A stretch of 64,000 bases of DNA from Thermoanaerobaculales bacterium (GCA_035358815.1 DAOPQC010000001.1:481309-545308), one strand, 5' to 3'. Shown: positions 17,182 through 28,378, counted from the first letter of the stretch. Translations and numbers: made by a program. The notes: generated by a model not told the origin, from the letters alone.

Positions 17182-20100
17182 TTACTGCGGCAGCACGGTG
17201 GTCGGGTCACTCGTCGTGTTGTCCAACACGGAGCCGTAGCCGAAGATGGACGCGCCCTCGGTGTTGGTCCAAATGTCCACGTAGCCGGCCTCAATCGGCG
17301 AGTGGTTCCGGAACACCCGGGTGATCTGGTTGTTGGAGTAGGGCGCCAGGTCCATGGTCTTGGTTTCGAGCGACTCGCCCTCGGAGTTGAAGAGCTCGAT
17401 GAACACCCGCACCGTCTGGCCGCTGCCGTTCTGGCAGCCGACGTTGGAGCGGACGTCGTCGTTCTCGTTCATGAAGATGATCCGCTTCTTCACCCCCGAG
17501 GCGATCATCCGGTCCTCCGGGATGCCCGGCAGCTCCTGTCCGAAAGTCCCAGCCACCTTGGCCCACGGCAGGTTGTAGGTCCGGCTCATGGCCAAGAGCT
17601 CCGGTCCGCTCGCCTCGATGGCCAGCGCACCGGCCTGGTCCGGCTCGAGTCCGAACACCTCGTCGAGCACGTTGGCATAGCGCACGCCGGCTCCGGGCGC
17701 GAGCGAGAACGTGTCACTGCGGACCGGATCGCCGTTGTCGGCGCCGCGGGGCAGCCACAGCAGCTCGTAGGTGAGGTCGGTGGAACCGACGTTGTTGAGG
17801 TCCACATCCGTCTCGAAGAACGCGCCCTCCAGCCCGGCGGCGAGCGCTGCGGCGGGGATGAAGGTCGTGTCATCCGACGGCACCTGGGGCAGGATGGTGG
17901 TCGGGTCGGACGTGATGTTGTCGAGCATCGAACCGTAGCAGTAGTAGAGCGCGACGTCGCTGCCGGCCCAGACGTCGACGTAGCCGTTGACCGGCTGGTA
18001 GTCCCGGAAGACCCGGTTGATCTGGTTGTTGGACCAGGGTCCCAGGTCCATGGTCTTGGTTTCGAGAGGCGAGCCCTCGGCGTCGAAGATTCCGATGTTG
18101 ATGGTCACCGGCTCGCTTGAGCCGTTGACGCAGCCGACGTTGGCCCGGAAGTCAGGGTCCTCGCTCAGGAAGATGATGCGCTGCGGCTCGGTGCCGGCGA
18201 TCATCTCGGTCGCCCGGATGGCTGGCAGGCCCTGGCCGAAGGTGCCGGCGGTCTTGCCGGCAGGGATGTTGTAGGTGCGGCTCATGCCGATGACCGACTC
18301 GGTGTTCGCCACCAGCCTCAGGGCGCCGAGTGAGTCGGCGCCGAGACCGAATAGCTCAGCGAGTACATTCTCGTAGCGCTGGCTCTGCCCGGGAGCGAGC
18401 GCAATTACATCGGAGCTGATGGGATCGGAGTTGTCCTCGCCGCGCGGCAGCCACTGGAAGGTCAGCTGCGCTGCCTCTGTCCCTGTGTTGTTGACCTCGA
18501 CGTCGGTTGAGAAGAAGGCCCCCTGGGCGCCGGCCGCCACCGCCGCCGCCGGGATGAACGACTCGCGGTCCGGAGAAGGGCCGCCGGCGCACTCGGAGAA
18601 GACGTAAACGCCGGTGTCGCTGCCCGCGGCGTAGACCCGTCCCGCTGACACCACCACCGACTCCACCGGCGCAGGCGTTTCGAAGAACCCGACCTCGACC
18701 GGAGCCGAGGGAGTTCTGACGTCGACCACTCGGAGGCCGCTGGGAGCGTAGTCTGCGAGGTAGGCGTAGCCCCCCGCGACCGCCACCGCCCGGGAGATTT
18801 GCCCCGCCGCCCCGAGGGACCCCACCGGAACCGGGGCCGAAGGGGTGCCCACGTCAACGACCCACAGGCCGCCCGCGTCGTCTGCGACGTACGCATGACG
18901 GCCGGCAAGCGCGACATCCCAGGCGAAGCCCGGCGTGTCGACGGAGCCTACCTCGACGGGCGCGGCCGGCGTGCTGACGTCGATCACGCGAAGACCCGCG
19001 TCCCCGCCTGCGACGTAGGCGTGGGTCCCCAGAATGACGACACCCTGGGCAGTGCCAGGCGTGCCGATGGAGCCGACCTCGACGGGCGCGGAAGGCGCGC
19101 TCACGTCGATCACGCGGAGGCCTGCGTCCCCGTCGGCGACGTAGGCGTGGGTGCCCGAGACCGCCACGCCCGAGGCGGACCCTGGTGTGTCGACGAAGCC
19201 GACCTCGACCGGCGCGGAGGGATCGAGAACCGAGATCACGCGAAGGCCCCCCTCGCCGTCGGCGGCGTAGGCGAAGCCGCCGCTCGCCGCGACGTCGGCG
19301 ACGGCTGCCGGCGTGCCGACGAAGCCCACCTCGGCCGGCGCCGCGGGGTCCGAGAGGTCGAACGACCGTAGCCCGGCGGGCGAGAATCCGACGAACGCGT
19401 TGCCACCGGATACGTCGATGCTTGCGGCACTCCCGGGAACGTCCACGAAGCTCATCTCGGTCGGTGCCGGTGGCAGGCTCACGTCGATCACCCGGAGACC
19501 CCCACCCCAGTCAGCGATGTACGCCAGGTCATCCGCGACCGCGACACCGTAGGCATATCCCGGCGTGTCCGCGGCCCCGGCCTCCACCGGCGACGACGGA
19601 ACGCTCACGTCGACCACCCGGAGTCCCTCGGTGTCGTCGGCGACATAGGCAAAGCCGCCGGCAACGGCGACACCGTAGGCAAGTCCCGGTGTATCGATGA
19701 AACCGACCTCAACCGGCTCGTCCACTGTGGCCGCATCGATCACGCGGAGGCCCGCAGCCTCGGCAGCAACGAAGACGTAGCTGTTCGCGACTGCGACACC
19801 GTAGGCGACTCCCGGCGTGTCGAGATGCCCGACCTGGTGGGACGCCGCCGGAACCCCGACGTCGATCACGTGCAGACCCGTGCCAACGTCGGCGACGTAG
19901 GCGTAGCCTCCCGCGAGAGCGACGTCGATCGCGAGGTTCGGGGTGTCGACGGATGCCACCTCGACGGGCGTGGTCGGTGAGGCCACGTCGATCACGCGAA
20001 GGCCCGCACTGCCGTCAGCCAGGTAGGCGAAATTGCCCGCGACCGCGACGTCGATGGCCAAGCCCTGAGTCGCGATGAAGCCCACCTGGACCGGCGCCGC

Positions 20101-20436
20101 CGGCACCCTCGCGTCGATCACTCGAAGCCCATCACCTGCTGCAACGTAGACGTAACCGCCAGACGCCGAAATGCCGAGCACGAGCCACGGCAGCTCGACG
20201 TCGCCCACGACGCGTGGCGTCGACGGGTCGGAGACGTCGGCGATTTGCAGCGTGCTGCCGCTGCCGAGGTAGGCAAGGTCTGCGGATGCGGCGACCGCCG
20301 CCGTCGGGCCGTAGGGCCAGCGACCGATCAGCTCCGGGCAGCCCTGGGCTGCAACCGGCGCCACCGCGACGGCGAAGCCTGCCGCTAGCGCGATGATCAA
20401 GGACTCTGAACCCAAACGGCTTGGGGACCGCATCAT
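17182..20436 (-). CDS. secreted LVIVD-repeat beta-propeller protein with two tandem C-terminal modules of about 226 aa
   Basis: The ATGATG start (20431-20436) follows GGAGG. Signal peptide MMRSPSRLGSESLIIALAAGFAVAVAPVAAQG. There are many GLRVIDVS.P..P.EVG..DTPG.A.GVAV.G..AYVAD repeats. The track ORF starts further upstream at 20868. Confidence 0.75.
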   Translation of the reverse strand: MMRSPSRLGSESLIIALAAGFAVAVAPVAAQGCPELIGRWPYGPTAAVAASADLAYLGSGSTLQIADVSDPSTPRVVGDVELPWLVLGISASGGYVYVAAGDGLRVIDARVPAAPVQVGFIATQGLAIDVAVAGNFAYLADGSAGLRVIDVASPTTPVEVASVDTPNLAIDVALAGGYAYVADVGTGLHVIDVGVPAASHQVGHLDTPGVAYGVAVANSYVFVAAEAAGLRVIDAATVDEPVEVGFIDTPGLAYGVAVAGGFAYVADDTEGLRVVDVSVPSSPVEAGAADTPGYAYGVAVADDLAYIADWGGGLRVIDVSLPPAPTEMSFVDVPGSAASIDVSGGNAFVGFSPAGLRSFDLSDPAAPAEVGFVGTPAAVADVAASGGFAYAADGEGGLRVISVLDPSAPVEVGFVDTPGSASGVAVSGTHAYVADGDAGLRVIDVSAPSAPVEVGSIGTPGTAQGVVILGTHAYVAGGDAGLRVIDVSTPAAPVEVGSVDTPGFAWDVALAGRHAYVADDAGGLWVVDVGTPSAPVPVGSLGAAGQISRAVAVAGGYAYLADYAPSGLRVVDVRTPSAPVEVGFFETPAPVESVVVSAGRVYAAGSDTGVYVFSECAGGPSPDRESFIPAAAVAAGAQGAFFSTDVEVNNTGTEAAQLTFQWLPRGEDNSDPISSDVIALAPGQSQRYENVLAELFGLGADSLGALRLVANTESVIGMSRTYNIPAGKTAGTFGQGLPAIRATEMIAGTEPQRIIFLSEDPDFRANVGCVNGSSEPVTINIGIFDAEGSPLETKTMDLGPWSNNQINRVFRDYQPVNGYVDVWAGSDVALYYCYGSMLDNITSDPTTILPQVPSDDTTFIPAAALAAGLEGAFFETDVDLNNVGSTDLTYELLWLPRGADNGDPVRSDTFSLAPGAGVRYANVLDEVFGLEPDQAGALAIEASGPELLAMSRTYNLPWAKVAGTFGQELPGIPEDRMIASGVKKRIIFMNENDDVRSNVGCQNGSGQTVRVFIELFNSEGESLETKTMDLAPYSNNQITRVFRNHSPIEAGYVDIWTNTEGASIFGYGSVLDNTTSDPTTVLPQ

Positions 20437-20671
20437 TCGCCTCCGTTCCAGCCCCGGGCGTGGACCGACCAGCGCATTACGCTGCCGTGAGGTGGGCAGC
20501 ATAGCGGGCCCTGGCGTCGCGGACGAGGGCCTGGTCCGTGGACTGTCAACGACGGTGAAACAGCCGTGCGGGTGCGTCGCTTCCGGATCGTCTCGTGGCG
20601 GAGGATGGCGGACCGGGCCGGATCTGGGAGTGCCGCAGTGGGGGTCGATGGCGGTCCGGGCCCGAGCCCGG

Positions 20672-20768
20672 CGACGGGCAGGGAAACAGGAACGGGGGCG
20701 CGACGGGCGCGGAAGCGGGGGACGCATCCGGGAACGGGGACGGGAACGGGAGCGGGCATGGGCGGACG
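20672..20768 (+). repeat. G-rich hexamer array in a divergent promoter region
   Basis: cgacgggcagggaaacaggaacgggggcgcgacgggcgcggaagcgggggacgcatccGGGAACGGGGACGGGAACGGGAGCGGGCATGGG. Confidence 0.8.
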
Positions 20769-20855
20769 GCTTGGCAAAGCGGGCGGTCGCGAGTACCATG
20801 CGTTGGCCTTGGTGCAACAATTCACAAGCAGCACCGGGGCGCCACGGAGGCAGCC

Positions 20856-21836
20856 ATGGCAGGGTCACTGTTGGGTCGGCACTTTCTCAAGCTGCTCGAC
20901 TTCACCCCGGACGAGATCCGCGGCCTGCTCGACCTCGCGGCGCGCCTCAAGGCCGACCGCCGAGTCGGCCGTCGCGGCGCCCGCCTGGCCGGCAAGAGCG
21001 TCGCCCTGATCTTCGAAAAGCCGTCGACCCGCACCCGCTGTGCCTTCACGGTGGCCTGCATCGACGAGGGGGCCCACCCCGAGTACCTCGGCAAGGGCGA
21101 CATCCAGCTCGGGAAAAAGGAGACGGTTGCCGACACGGCGCGGGTGCTGGGGCGGATGTTCGACGGCATCCAGTTCCGCGGTTTCGCCCACCGGACGGTG
21201 GAGCAGTTGGCGGCGCATGCCGGAGTGCCGGTGTGGAACGGGCTGACCGACGCCTGGCACCCGACCCAGATCCTGGCCGATGTGCTGACCGTGCAGGAGG
21301 AGTTCGGCAGGCTCGAGGGGATCGCGCTCGCCTATGCCGGCGATGGCCGCAACAACGTCGCCCGCTCGACCCTGGTCGGCGGCGCCAAGCTCGGCATGGA
21401 CGTCCGGGTGGTGGCGCCAAAGGCCCTCTTCCCCGAGCCCGACCTGGTGGCGACGGTGCGGGCGATCGCCGGAGAGACCGGCGGCAAGGTCACGGTGACC
21501 GAGTCCGTGGAGGAGGGGGTGCGCGGCGCGCACGCGATCTACACCGACGTCTGGGCCTCGATGGGCGAGGAGGACAAGATCGCGGAGCGGATTGCGCTGC
21601 TCAAGCCTTACAAGGTGACGCGCCGGATGATGGAGCTCACCGGACGGCCGGAGGCGATCTTCCTGCACTGCCTGCCCGCGTTCCACAACCTCGAGACCGA
21701 CATGGCGCGGCAGCACCCGGAGATCTGCGAGGTCGAGGACGAGGTCTTCGAGGGCCTGCAGTCGCGAGTGTTCGAGGAGGCCGAGAACCGGCTCCACACC
21801 ATCAAGGCAGTCATGGTCGCGACCCTCGCGGGCTGA
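20856..21836 (+). CDS. argF: ornithine carbamoyltransferase
   Basis: Motifs: [29 protein letters not shown], and C-terminal [15 protein letters not shown]. The ATG at 20856 follows GGAGG. Confidence 0.9.
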   Translation: MAGSLLGRHFLKLLDFTPDEIRGLLDLAARLKADRRVGRRGARLAGKSVALIFEKPSTRTRCAFTVACIDEGAHPEYLGKGDIQLGKKETVADTARVLGRMFDGIQFRGFAHRTVEQLAAHAGVPVWNGLTDAWHPTQILADVLTVQEEFGRLEGIALAYAGDGRNNVARSTLVGGAKLGMDVRVVAPKALFPEPDLVATVRAIAGETGGKVTVTESVEEGVRGAHAIYTDVWASMGEEDKIAERIALLKPYKVTRRMMELTGRPEAIFLHCLPAFHNLETDMARQHPEICEVEDEVFEGLQSRVFEEAENRLHTIKAVMVATLAG

Positions 21837-21885
21837 CGGCCGGCACTGTTCGGCTCCGCTGGCGGAGTCCTGGAGGATGAAGGAC

Positions 21886-23217
21886 ATGAAGCGAGTCATC
21901 GTGTTCGGCGCCGGTCTGGTGGTGCGCGCCCACGTGCGCTACCTGCTCGATCATGGTTTCCACGTGACGGTCGCGAGCCGTACCGTCCGCAAGGCCGAGG
22001 CGATCCTCGACGGCCACCCGCTGGGCACGCCGGTCGCCTTCGACATCGAGCGCGAGCCGGAGCGCCTCGGCGCGCTGGTGGCCGAGCACGACCTGGCGGT
22101 CAGCCTGCTGCCGTGGGTCCACCACCCGGCGGTGGCGAAGGCGTGCATCGCGCACGGCAAGCACATGGTCACCACCTCCTACGTCAAGGACGAGATGAAG
22201 GCCCTCGACGGGCCGGCCAAGAAGGCCGGAGTGACCCTGCTCAACGAGCTCGGCGTCGACCCCGGCATCGACCACATGACCGCCATGAAGGTCATCCACG
22301 CGGTGCAGGCGGCGGGCGGCGAGATCACCACCTTCCAGTCCTACTGCGGCGGCCTGCCGGCGCCCGAGGCCAACGACAACCCGTTCGGCTACAAGTTCTC
22401 GTGGAGCCCGCGCGGCGTGATCCTCGCCGGCCTCAACGACGCCCGCTACCGCCGCGACGGCCGCGACGTTCGGGTCCCCGGCGCCGAGCTCTTCGACCAC
22501 CAGTGGCAGGTGCCGGTCGAGGTCGAGGGCAAGGTGGTCGACTTCATCGGCTACCCGAACCGCGACAGCATGCCCTACACCGAGTACTACGGGATCAACC
22601 CGTCCGACACCATGTTCCGCGGCACCCTGCGCTTCCCGCACTGGTGCGCGGCGATCACGCAGATGGCGCGCCTCGGCTGGCTCGGCACCGCGGAGCTTGA
22701 CGGCCTCGAGGGCAAGACCTTCGCCGACCTGACCACGCGCCTGGCCGGGCTGAAGTCGACGCGCGGGCTCGCCGGCGCGGTCGCCGGCAAGCTCGGCATC
22801 GATGCCGCGCAGCCCGCCATGTCCTGCATGGAGTGGATCGGGCTGTTCTCGTCCGACCCGCTGCCCAAGCCCAAGGCGCCGGTGGACATCCTCACCGAGC
22901 GGATGCTCGCCAAGATGTCGTACGCGGACGGCGAGCGCGACATGCTGGTGCTGCAGCACACCTTCGTCGCCCGCTACCCCGGTCGCCGAGAGCGGATCAC
23001 GTCGACCATGGTCGACTTCGGCATCCCGGGCGGCGACTCGAGCATGAACCGCACGGTCGGCCTGCCGGCCGCGATCGGCGTCCGCTACATCCTCGAGGGC
23101 CGCTTCACGCGCACCGGGGTGATCGTGCCGGTGATGCCCGAGTTCTACCAGCCCGCGCTCGCCGAGCTCGAGCGCCTCGGCCTCCAGTTCACCGAGTCGA
23201 GCGAGGTGATCGGGTAG
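21886..23217 (+). CDS. saccharopine dehydrogenase family protein (LYS9-like)
   Basis: Rossmann motif MKRVIVFGAGLVVRAHVRYL. Also GYPNRDS..Y...YGI and RGTLRFP. ATG 21886 was chosen because it lies 9 nt from GGAGG. The track start 21877 abuts the SD. Confidence 0.75.
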   Translation: MKRVIVFGAGLVVRAHVRYLLDHGFHVTVASRTVRKAEAILDGHPLGTPVAFDIEREPERLGALVAEHDLAVSLLPWVHHPAVAKACIAHGKHMVTTSYVKDEMKALDGPAKKAGVTLLNELGVDPGIDHMTAMKVIHAVQAAGGEITTFQSYCGGLPAPEANDNPFGYKFSWSPRGVILAGLNDARYRRDGRDVRVPGAELFDHQWQVPVEVEGKVVDFIGYPNRDSMPYTEYYGINPSDTMFRGTLRFPHWCAAITQMARLGWLGTAELDGLEGKTFADLTTRLAGLKSTRGLAGAVAGKLGIDAAQPAMSCMEWIGLFSSDPLPKPKAPVDILTERMLAKMSYADGERDMLVLQHTFVARYPGRRERITSTMVDFGIPGGDSSMNRTVGLPAAIGVRYILEGRFTRTGVIVPVMPEFYQPALAELERLGLQFTESSEVIG

Positions 23218-23280
23218 CAGGTCGTCGGGAGCTGAGAGCAGTCAGCGGAGCGGCTGGCCTGCTGAAGAGGCGGGCGTTTG

Positions 23281-23440
23281 CCCCGTTCCCGCTCCCGTGC
23301 CCGTTCCCGTACCCGGATGACGGTCCGGAATCGAAGGGGCCCACTCGAGCGAGGACTCCTCGATCGATTCTGACGGTCTCGTGCTGTTCCGGTCGATTCA
23401 CGAAGTCGTTCGGGGACGGGAACGGGGACGGGAACGGAGG
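23281..23440 (+). repeat. inverted hexamer arms with a loop of about 95 nt
   Basis: CCCCGTTCCCGCTCCCGTGCCCGTTCCCGTACCCGG ... CGGGGACGGGAACGGGGACGGGAACGGAGG. Confidence 0.85.
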
Positions 23441-23451
23441 GCAGGTCCCGC

Positions 23452-24888
23452 GTGGCCATGCCTGCAACCCGCGTCCTGCTATCCTGCCTCACCGTGCGCG
23501 GCGACGTCCTCCGCTACCGTGAGCTGGTGGTCTCCGGCTCGATCGACCGGGCGGTCCTCCACCTGGGCGCACCGGCCGCGCTGTCGGCCTTGCTGCAGGC
23601 CGGGTTCCTGATCGTCGACGCCTTCTGGCTGGGCCGGGTCGGCCCGGCCGCCGTCGCCGCGGCCTCGACCGCGGGCTTCGCGATGTGGCTCGCCCAGACC
23701 ATCGGCGAGGGCTCTGCCGCCGGGTCCGGGTCGGTACTCGCCGCCGCCGTCGGATCGGGCGACCGCGCGGCGGTCGGGCGGGCCGCCGCCGCCGGCCAGA
23801 GCCTCGCGGTGTGGGCGTCGCTGCTGGTGGTCGGCATCGGCCTGTGGCTGGTCAGGCCGCTGTTCGAGTTCATGGGCACCGACCGAGCCGTCACCCAGCC
23901 CGGGGTCGCCTACCTCGTAATCGTGCTGCTCGGCATGCCGTCGTACTTCCTGTTCTCGTGGATCTCGGCGGCGTTCCGCGCCGCCGGCGACGCGGCCACC
24001 GCGCTGCGGCTGCTGGCGGTCGCGGCCGCGGTCAACGTCGTGCTCGACCCGCTGCTGATATTCGGGGTGGGGCCGCTGCCGCGGCTCGGCGTGGCGGGCG
24101 CGGCGTCGGCGACCGTGCTGGCGTGGACGGTCGGCTGCGCCCGCGGCTGGCAGCTGCTCGGCCGGCTCGGGATCCGCCCCCGGCCGCTCGCGTTCCTGCG
24201 CCCGCCGGCCGAGAGCTGGGCGGCGCTGCGGGTCGGCCTGCCGCTCGCCGTCGAGGGCGCGCTGTTCTCGCTGATCTACGTCCTGCTGACCCGGGTCACG
24301 ACCACCTTCGGCACCCCGGCGGTGGCCGCCCTCGGGATCGGCCACAAGCTGGAGGTCCTCAACTACTTCGTGTGCGCCGGCATGGGCGCGGCGGCGACCA
24401 CCCTGGTCGGCCAGAACCTCGGCGCCGGCGACCCGGTGCGGGCGAGCCGGGTGGCGTGGCGGACGCTGTTCCTGACCATCCTGCCGGTCGGCCTGGTGAC
24501 GGTGGTGCTGGTGTCGAAACCGGCGGCGGCGGTGTCGGTGTTCATCTCCGACCACGAGGTGGTGGCGGCGGGCGTCACCTACGTCCTGCTGGTCGGCATG
24601 AGCCAGGTCTTCATGGCGGCCGAGGTGGTGCTGGTCGGCGCCTTCGCCGGCGCGCAGTGGACCGTGGTGCCGGCGGTCCTCGAGATCGCGCTCACCGCCG
24701 CCCGGGTGCCGGTGGCGGGCTGGCTGGTCGCGAGGGGGTGGGGGGTCGAAGCGGTGTGGCTGGCGATCGCGGCCACCTGCGTCGTCAAGGGCACGGTGCT
24801 CGCCGTCCTGTTCGCCGTCCGGCGGCCGCGCCTCGGCGGCGGGGCCGGGTTCGTCGGCGGGTTGCCGTACAATGCCCCGGGACCTTGA
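23452..24888 (+). CDS. MATE family efflux transporter
   Basis: About 12 predicted TM segments and the N-terminal [27 protein letters not shown] motif typical of MATE. The start is uncertain (GTG 23452, ATG 23458 or later). Confidence 0.75.
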   Translation: MAMPATRVLLSCLTVRGDVLRYRELVVSGSIDRAVLHLGAPAALSALLQAGFLIVDAFWLGRVGPAAVAAASTAGFAMWLAQTIGEGSAAGSGSVLAAAVGSGDRAAVGRAAAAGQSLAVWASLLVVGIGLWLVRPLFEFMGTDRAVTQPGVAYLVIVLLGMPSYFLFSWISAAFRAAGDAATALRLLAVAAAVNVVLDPLLIFGVGPLPRLGVAGAASATVLAWTVGCARGWQLLGRLGIRPRPLAFLRPPAESWAALRVGLPLAVEGALFSLIYVLLTRVTTTFGTPAVAALGIGHKLEVLNYFVCAGMGAAATTLVGQNLGAGDPVRASRVAWRTLFLTILPVGLVTVVLVSKPAAAVSVFISDHEVVAAGVTYVLLVGMSQVFMAAEVVLVGAFAGAQWTVVPAVLEIALTAARVPVAGWLVARGWGVEAVWLAIAATCVVKGTVLAVLFAVRRPRLGGGAGFVGGLPYNAPGP

Positions 24889-24900
24889 GGAGGTGGAACC

Positions 24901-25950
24901 ATGATCAAGCAGATCCGCAAGCTTCTCGGCGACAAGGCGTCGCTTCTCGACTACCACTGCAAGGGGATCTCCAAGGAGCAGCTGCACCTGCCGGGACCGG
25001 ACTTCATCGACCGGGTGGTGGCCCAGAGCGACCGCTCGCCGGCGGTCATGCGCAGCCTGCAGTGGCTGCTCTCGACCGGCCGCGCCGCCGGCACCGGCTA
25101 CGTCTCGATCCTGCCCGTCGACCAGGGCATCGAGCACTCGGGCGCGGCGTCGTTCGCGCCCAATCCGATCTACTTCGACCCCTCGAACATCGTCAAGCTC
25201 GCGATCGAGGGCGGCTGCAACGGCTGCGCGTCGACCCTCGGCGTGCTCGGGGCGGTGTCGCGCACGTACGCCCACAAGATCCCGCTGATCCTCAAGTTCA
25301 ACCACAGCGAGATGCTGAGCTACCCGAACATCGCCGAGCAGACCATGTTCGCCTCGGTCGAGCAGGCCTGGAACCTCGGCGCCGCCGGCGTCGGCGCGAC
25401 CATCTACTACGGCTCCGAGGACTGCCGCCGCCAGATCATGGAGGTCTCGGAGGCCTTCCAGCACGCCCACGAGCTCGGGATGTTCACCGTGCTGTGGTGC
25501 TACCTTCGCAACCCGGCCTTCAAGCACGAGGGCACCGACTACCACAACGCCGCCGACCTCACCGGGCAGGCCAATCACCTCGGCGTGACCATCGAGGCCG
25601 ACATCGTCAAGCAGAAGGCGCCGACCAACAACGGCGGCTTCAACGCGCTCAAGTACGGCAAGACCCACAAGTCGGTGTACGGCACGCTGGTGCCCGACCA
25701 TCCGATCGAGTGGACCCGCTGGCAGGTCGTCAACTGCTACATGGGGCGGGTCGGCCTCATCAACTCGGGCGGCGAGTCGGGCGCCAACGACCTCGAGCAG
25801 GCGGTGGCCACGGCGGTCATCAACAAGCGGGCCGGCGGCATGGGCCTGATTTCCGGCCGCAAGGCCTTCCAGAAGCCGATGGCCGAGGGCGTCGAGCTGC
25901 TCAACGCGATCCAGGACGTCTACCTTTGCGGAGACGTTACCATCGCGTAG
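24901..25950 (+). CDS. fbaB: class I fructose-bisphosphate aldolase (FbaB/DhnA type)
   Basis: [24 protein letters not shown]...[17 protein letters not shown]...[16 protein letters not shown] closely parallels E. coli FbaB as I recall it. GAGGAGG lies upstream. Confidence 0.85.
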   Translation: MIKQIRKLLGDKASLLDYHCKGISKEQLHLPGPDFIDRVVAQSDRSPAVMRSLQWLLSTGRAAGTGYVSILPVDQGIEHSGAASFAPNPIYFDPSNIVKLAIEGGCNGCASTLGVLGAVSRTYAHKIPLILKFNHSEMLSYPNIAEQTMFASVEQAWNLGAAGVGATIYYGSEDCRRQIMEVSEAFQHAHELGMFTVLWCYLRNPAFKHEGTDYHNAADLTGQANHLGVTIEADIVKQKAPTNNGGFNALKYGKTHKSVYGTLVPDHPIEWTRWQVVNCYMGRVGLINSGGESGANDLEQAVATAVINKRAGGMGLISGRKAFQKPMAEGVELLNAIQDVYLCGDVTIA

Positions 25951-25956
25951 CCCGAT

Positions 25957-26058
25957 CTCCGTTCCCGCTCCCGTACCCGTTCCCGTTCCCGAGTGACGGC
26001 TCGGGGCGCGCACCGGCCGTTTCGGAGACGGAGCCGGGCACGGAGACGGGCAGGGAAG
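25957..26058. repeat. inverted hexamer arms between convergent genes
   Basis: CCGTTCCCGCTCCCGTACCCGTTCCCGTTCCCG - loop of about 28 nt - CGGAGACGGAGCCGGGCACGGAGACGGGCAGGG. Confidence 0.85.
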
Positions 26059-26081
26059 GCTCTCCCTAAAGGGTCGACTCC

Positions 26082-28115
26082 CTACGGTGCGAGCCTCCCC
26101 CGCGGCCGCAGCGGGACGTGGCAGGCCGCGACATCGAGCGCCGACACCCCGGCGATGAGGTCGGCGGTGTAGGCGCGCGTCCCGGCCAGGACCGCATCCG
26201 CGGGGTAGCCTGGCAGCTCCTCGAAGCCGTTCTCGACCAGCTCACCGTCGGGTGACAGCGACACCAGCAGCAGGCCGGAGGGGGCCGCGGTCGCCACGTA
26301 GGCGAGATCGCGGTCGGCCGCGGCCGCCGAAACGCCGCAGGCGACCTCCTCGAGCTCGGCCACGACATCCGGGGATGCCGGGTCCGACAGGTCGAGCAGC
26401 TGCAGGCCGCCGGTGCCGAGCGCGACCCAGCCGCGGCCGCCCATCAGGGTGACGCCGGAGATGCCGTGATGGGGCTGCAGCTCGTAGGAGCGCGGGTAGT
26501 CGGGCCACGGCAGATCGCAGCGGTCGCAGTCAGACCAGAAGTTGATGCGCGTCGGCTGGGTCGCCGGGGAGGCCGGGTCGCCGACGTCCCAGGTCGCCAG
26601 CGCGCAGCGGCCGGCCCAATCGGACCAGTCGCTGTAGGCGTAGCCGTCCGCCACCGCCATCACGCCGCCCTCGAGCTGCGCCACCGGGTGCGGGGACGCC
26701 GGGCTGGAGACGTCGAGGATGACGGTCGACACGTAGGGTGAGCTGGCGATGGTCGCGTAGAGGTGGGTGCCGTCGAGCACCACCCGGTAACAGGGGCCGG
26801 CGGTCGCCACCCGCGCGATCTCCACCGGCGCCCTCGGGTCGGCGACGTCGAGGACCCGGACCCCGTCGCGCCAGCTCGCGACGAAGGCGGTCGAATCGGC
26901 CAGCGCGACGTCCTTGGCGAAGCCTCCGACCGCGGCGGGCAGCCTGAGCGGTGCGAGGCCGTCCGGGTCGCCGACCTCGAACAGCAGCAGGCCGCTCTCG
27001 CCTCCGGCAACGGCCAGCAGCTCGCCCGAGATGGCCGCCGCCTCGGTCACGCCCGGGGTCGTGAAGCTGCCGACCAGCCTCGGCTCGCCGGTCGGCGGGT
27101 CCTCGACCAGCCACGGGCCGCCGCGGCTGTTGCTGATGCCGACGATCCGGTTGGCGACCGCGAGGTCGTGCAGGAAGGCCTCGCCACGCAGCGACCCCAG
27201 CGAGAGCACGTCCTTGCGCTCCGGGTTGTTCGGGTCCGAGATGTCGACCAGCTCGAGCCGGATCGAGGACTCGGCTGGGGTGGTCGCCACGTAGGCTGTC
27301 GGACCGACGACGCGGACCTTGCGCAGCCGGTCCGCCCGATACTCGGAGAGCGCGACCGGTTCTGAAGGCTCGGCGACGTCGAGGATCCGCAGCACATCGG
27401 GGTCGTCGTCCCGCCACTCGGCGAGGTAGAGCAGCTCGCCGACCGCGTCGAGGTCGCGCACGTTGCCTTCCAGGTGGACGATCTCGACGGGCTGCCCGGT
27501 CTCGGAGACGTCGAAGCCGCGGGCGCCCTCGCCGAGGCCGACCACCCAAAGCGTGTCGCCGGTGACGTCGAGCCGCTCGGACCACCCCTCGATCTCGACC
27601 GTCGTGATCCGCGGCGGCGAGGTGGGGGTGGCGCCCGGCACCAGCTCGAGCAGCACGCCGTGCTCCGGATCGGCGGGGTTCACGAGCCCGGCGAACACGG
27701 CGCCATCGCCGATCGCGACCGAGCGCGCCGGCAGCGGCGTCTCCCACGCCGCCACCACCACCGGGGCGGCGGGGTCCGTCACGTCGAGGCGGAACAGAGT
27801 GCCGCGCTGGACCGCCATGTTGCCGGCCGCCACCCAGGCGGTCTGGCCGTCGACCGCGATGTCGTGGATCAGCACCCCGAGGTCGAGCTCGGCGAGCACC
27901 GCCGGCGATGCCGGGGTGGTCACGTCGCCGATCGTCAGGACGGTGCCGCTGCCGAAGTAGGCGCGCCCGGTGCGGATGAACACCGCGTCGGCCGGCCCGG
28001 CCGGCCAATGGTCGACGACCTCGGGGCACTCGCCGGCGGCCTGTCCGATCATCGGCAGCCAACCGGCCGCGATCAGCGTGAAGACGATCACCGCGAGGCG
28101 TCTGGAGTGCGACAT
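26082..28115 (-). CDS. secreted LVIVD-repeat beta-propeller protein (paralogue of 17182..20436)
   Basis: ATG 28113-28115 follows GGAG. Signal [28 protein letters not shown], followed by [13 protein letters not shown]. The paralogue has GCPELIGRWPYGP at the same place. Confidence 0.7.
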   Translation of the reverse strand: MSHSRRLAVIVFTLIAAGWLPMIGQAAGECPEVVDHWPAGPADAVFIRTGRAYFGSGTVLTIGDVTTPASPAVLAELDLGVLIHDIAVDGQTAWVAAGNMAVQRGTLFRLDVTDPAAPVVVAAWETPLPARSVAIGDGAVFAGLVNPADPEHGVLLELVPGATPTSPPRITTVEIEGWSERLDVTGDTLWVVGLGEGARGFDVSETGQPVEIVHLEGNVRDLDAVGELLYLAEWRDDDPDVLRILDVAEPSEPVALSEYRADRLRKVRVVGPTAYVATTPAESSIRLELVDISDPNNPERKDVLSLGSLRGEAFLHDLAVANRIVGISNSRGGPWLVEDPPTGEPRLVGSFTTPGVTEAAAISGELLAVAGGESGLLLFEVGDPDGLAPLRLPAAVGGFAKDVALADSTAFVASWRDGVRVLDVADPRAPVEIARVATAGPCYRVVLDGTHLYATIASSPYVSTVILDVSSPASPHPVAQLEGGVMAVADGYAYSDWSDWAGRCALATWDVGDPASPATQPTRINFWSDCDRCDLPWPDYPRSYELQPHHGISGVTLMGGRGWVALGTGGLQLLDLSDPASPDVVAELEEVACGVSAAAADRDLAYVATAAPSGLLLVSLSPDGELVENGFEELPGYPADAVLAGTRAYTADLIAGVSALDVAACHVPLRPRGRLAP

Positions 28116-28200
28116 CGTGTGCTCCTTCTCCATCCAGTATTCGGTTCCCGCACGCCCAATGCAAGAGACGCAGACCCGCCGTTGGTGTCGCTCGCCACCT

Positions 28201-28366
28201 GATCCCGGATCTATCCGTGCCCGTGCCCGTCTCCGTGCCCGTCTCCGTTTCCCCTCTGATCGTCCCGAGACCGGATGGCACGGTCGGGCACGGAGACGAC
28301 GGCCGGGGCGGACGGCGTCGGCGCGAGCGCCCAGATCGTGACCCCTGACCCCCAGCCCCGACCCCA
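28201..28366 (-). repeat. composite element in minus orientation: G-tract head, C-hexamers, loop, G-hexamers
   Basis: The minus strand reads GGGGtcGGGGctGGGGGtcaGGGG (28341-28366) ... ccgtcgtctccgtgcccgaccgtgcc ... ggaaacggagacgggcacggagacgggcacgggcacgg. Confidence 0.85.
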
Positions 28367-28378
28367 TGAAACGACGAA

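Noticed and set aside
17182-20436. Diversity-generating retroelement or phase-variable target, suggested by the internal duplication in LVIVD-1.
   Set aside because: There is no reverse transcriptase gene and no template repeat. The two modules differ by ordinary divergence across all residue types, rather than by adenine-specific substitutions.
20790-20855. Possible ARG box (tgcaacaattcaca) upstream of argF.
   Set aside because: Only one weak half-site (ATTCA) is present and there is no paired 18-bp palindrome. The evidence is insufficient.
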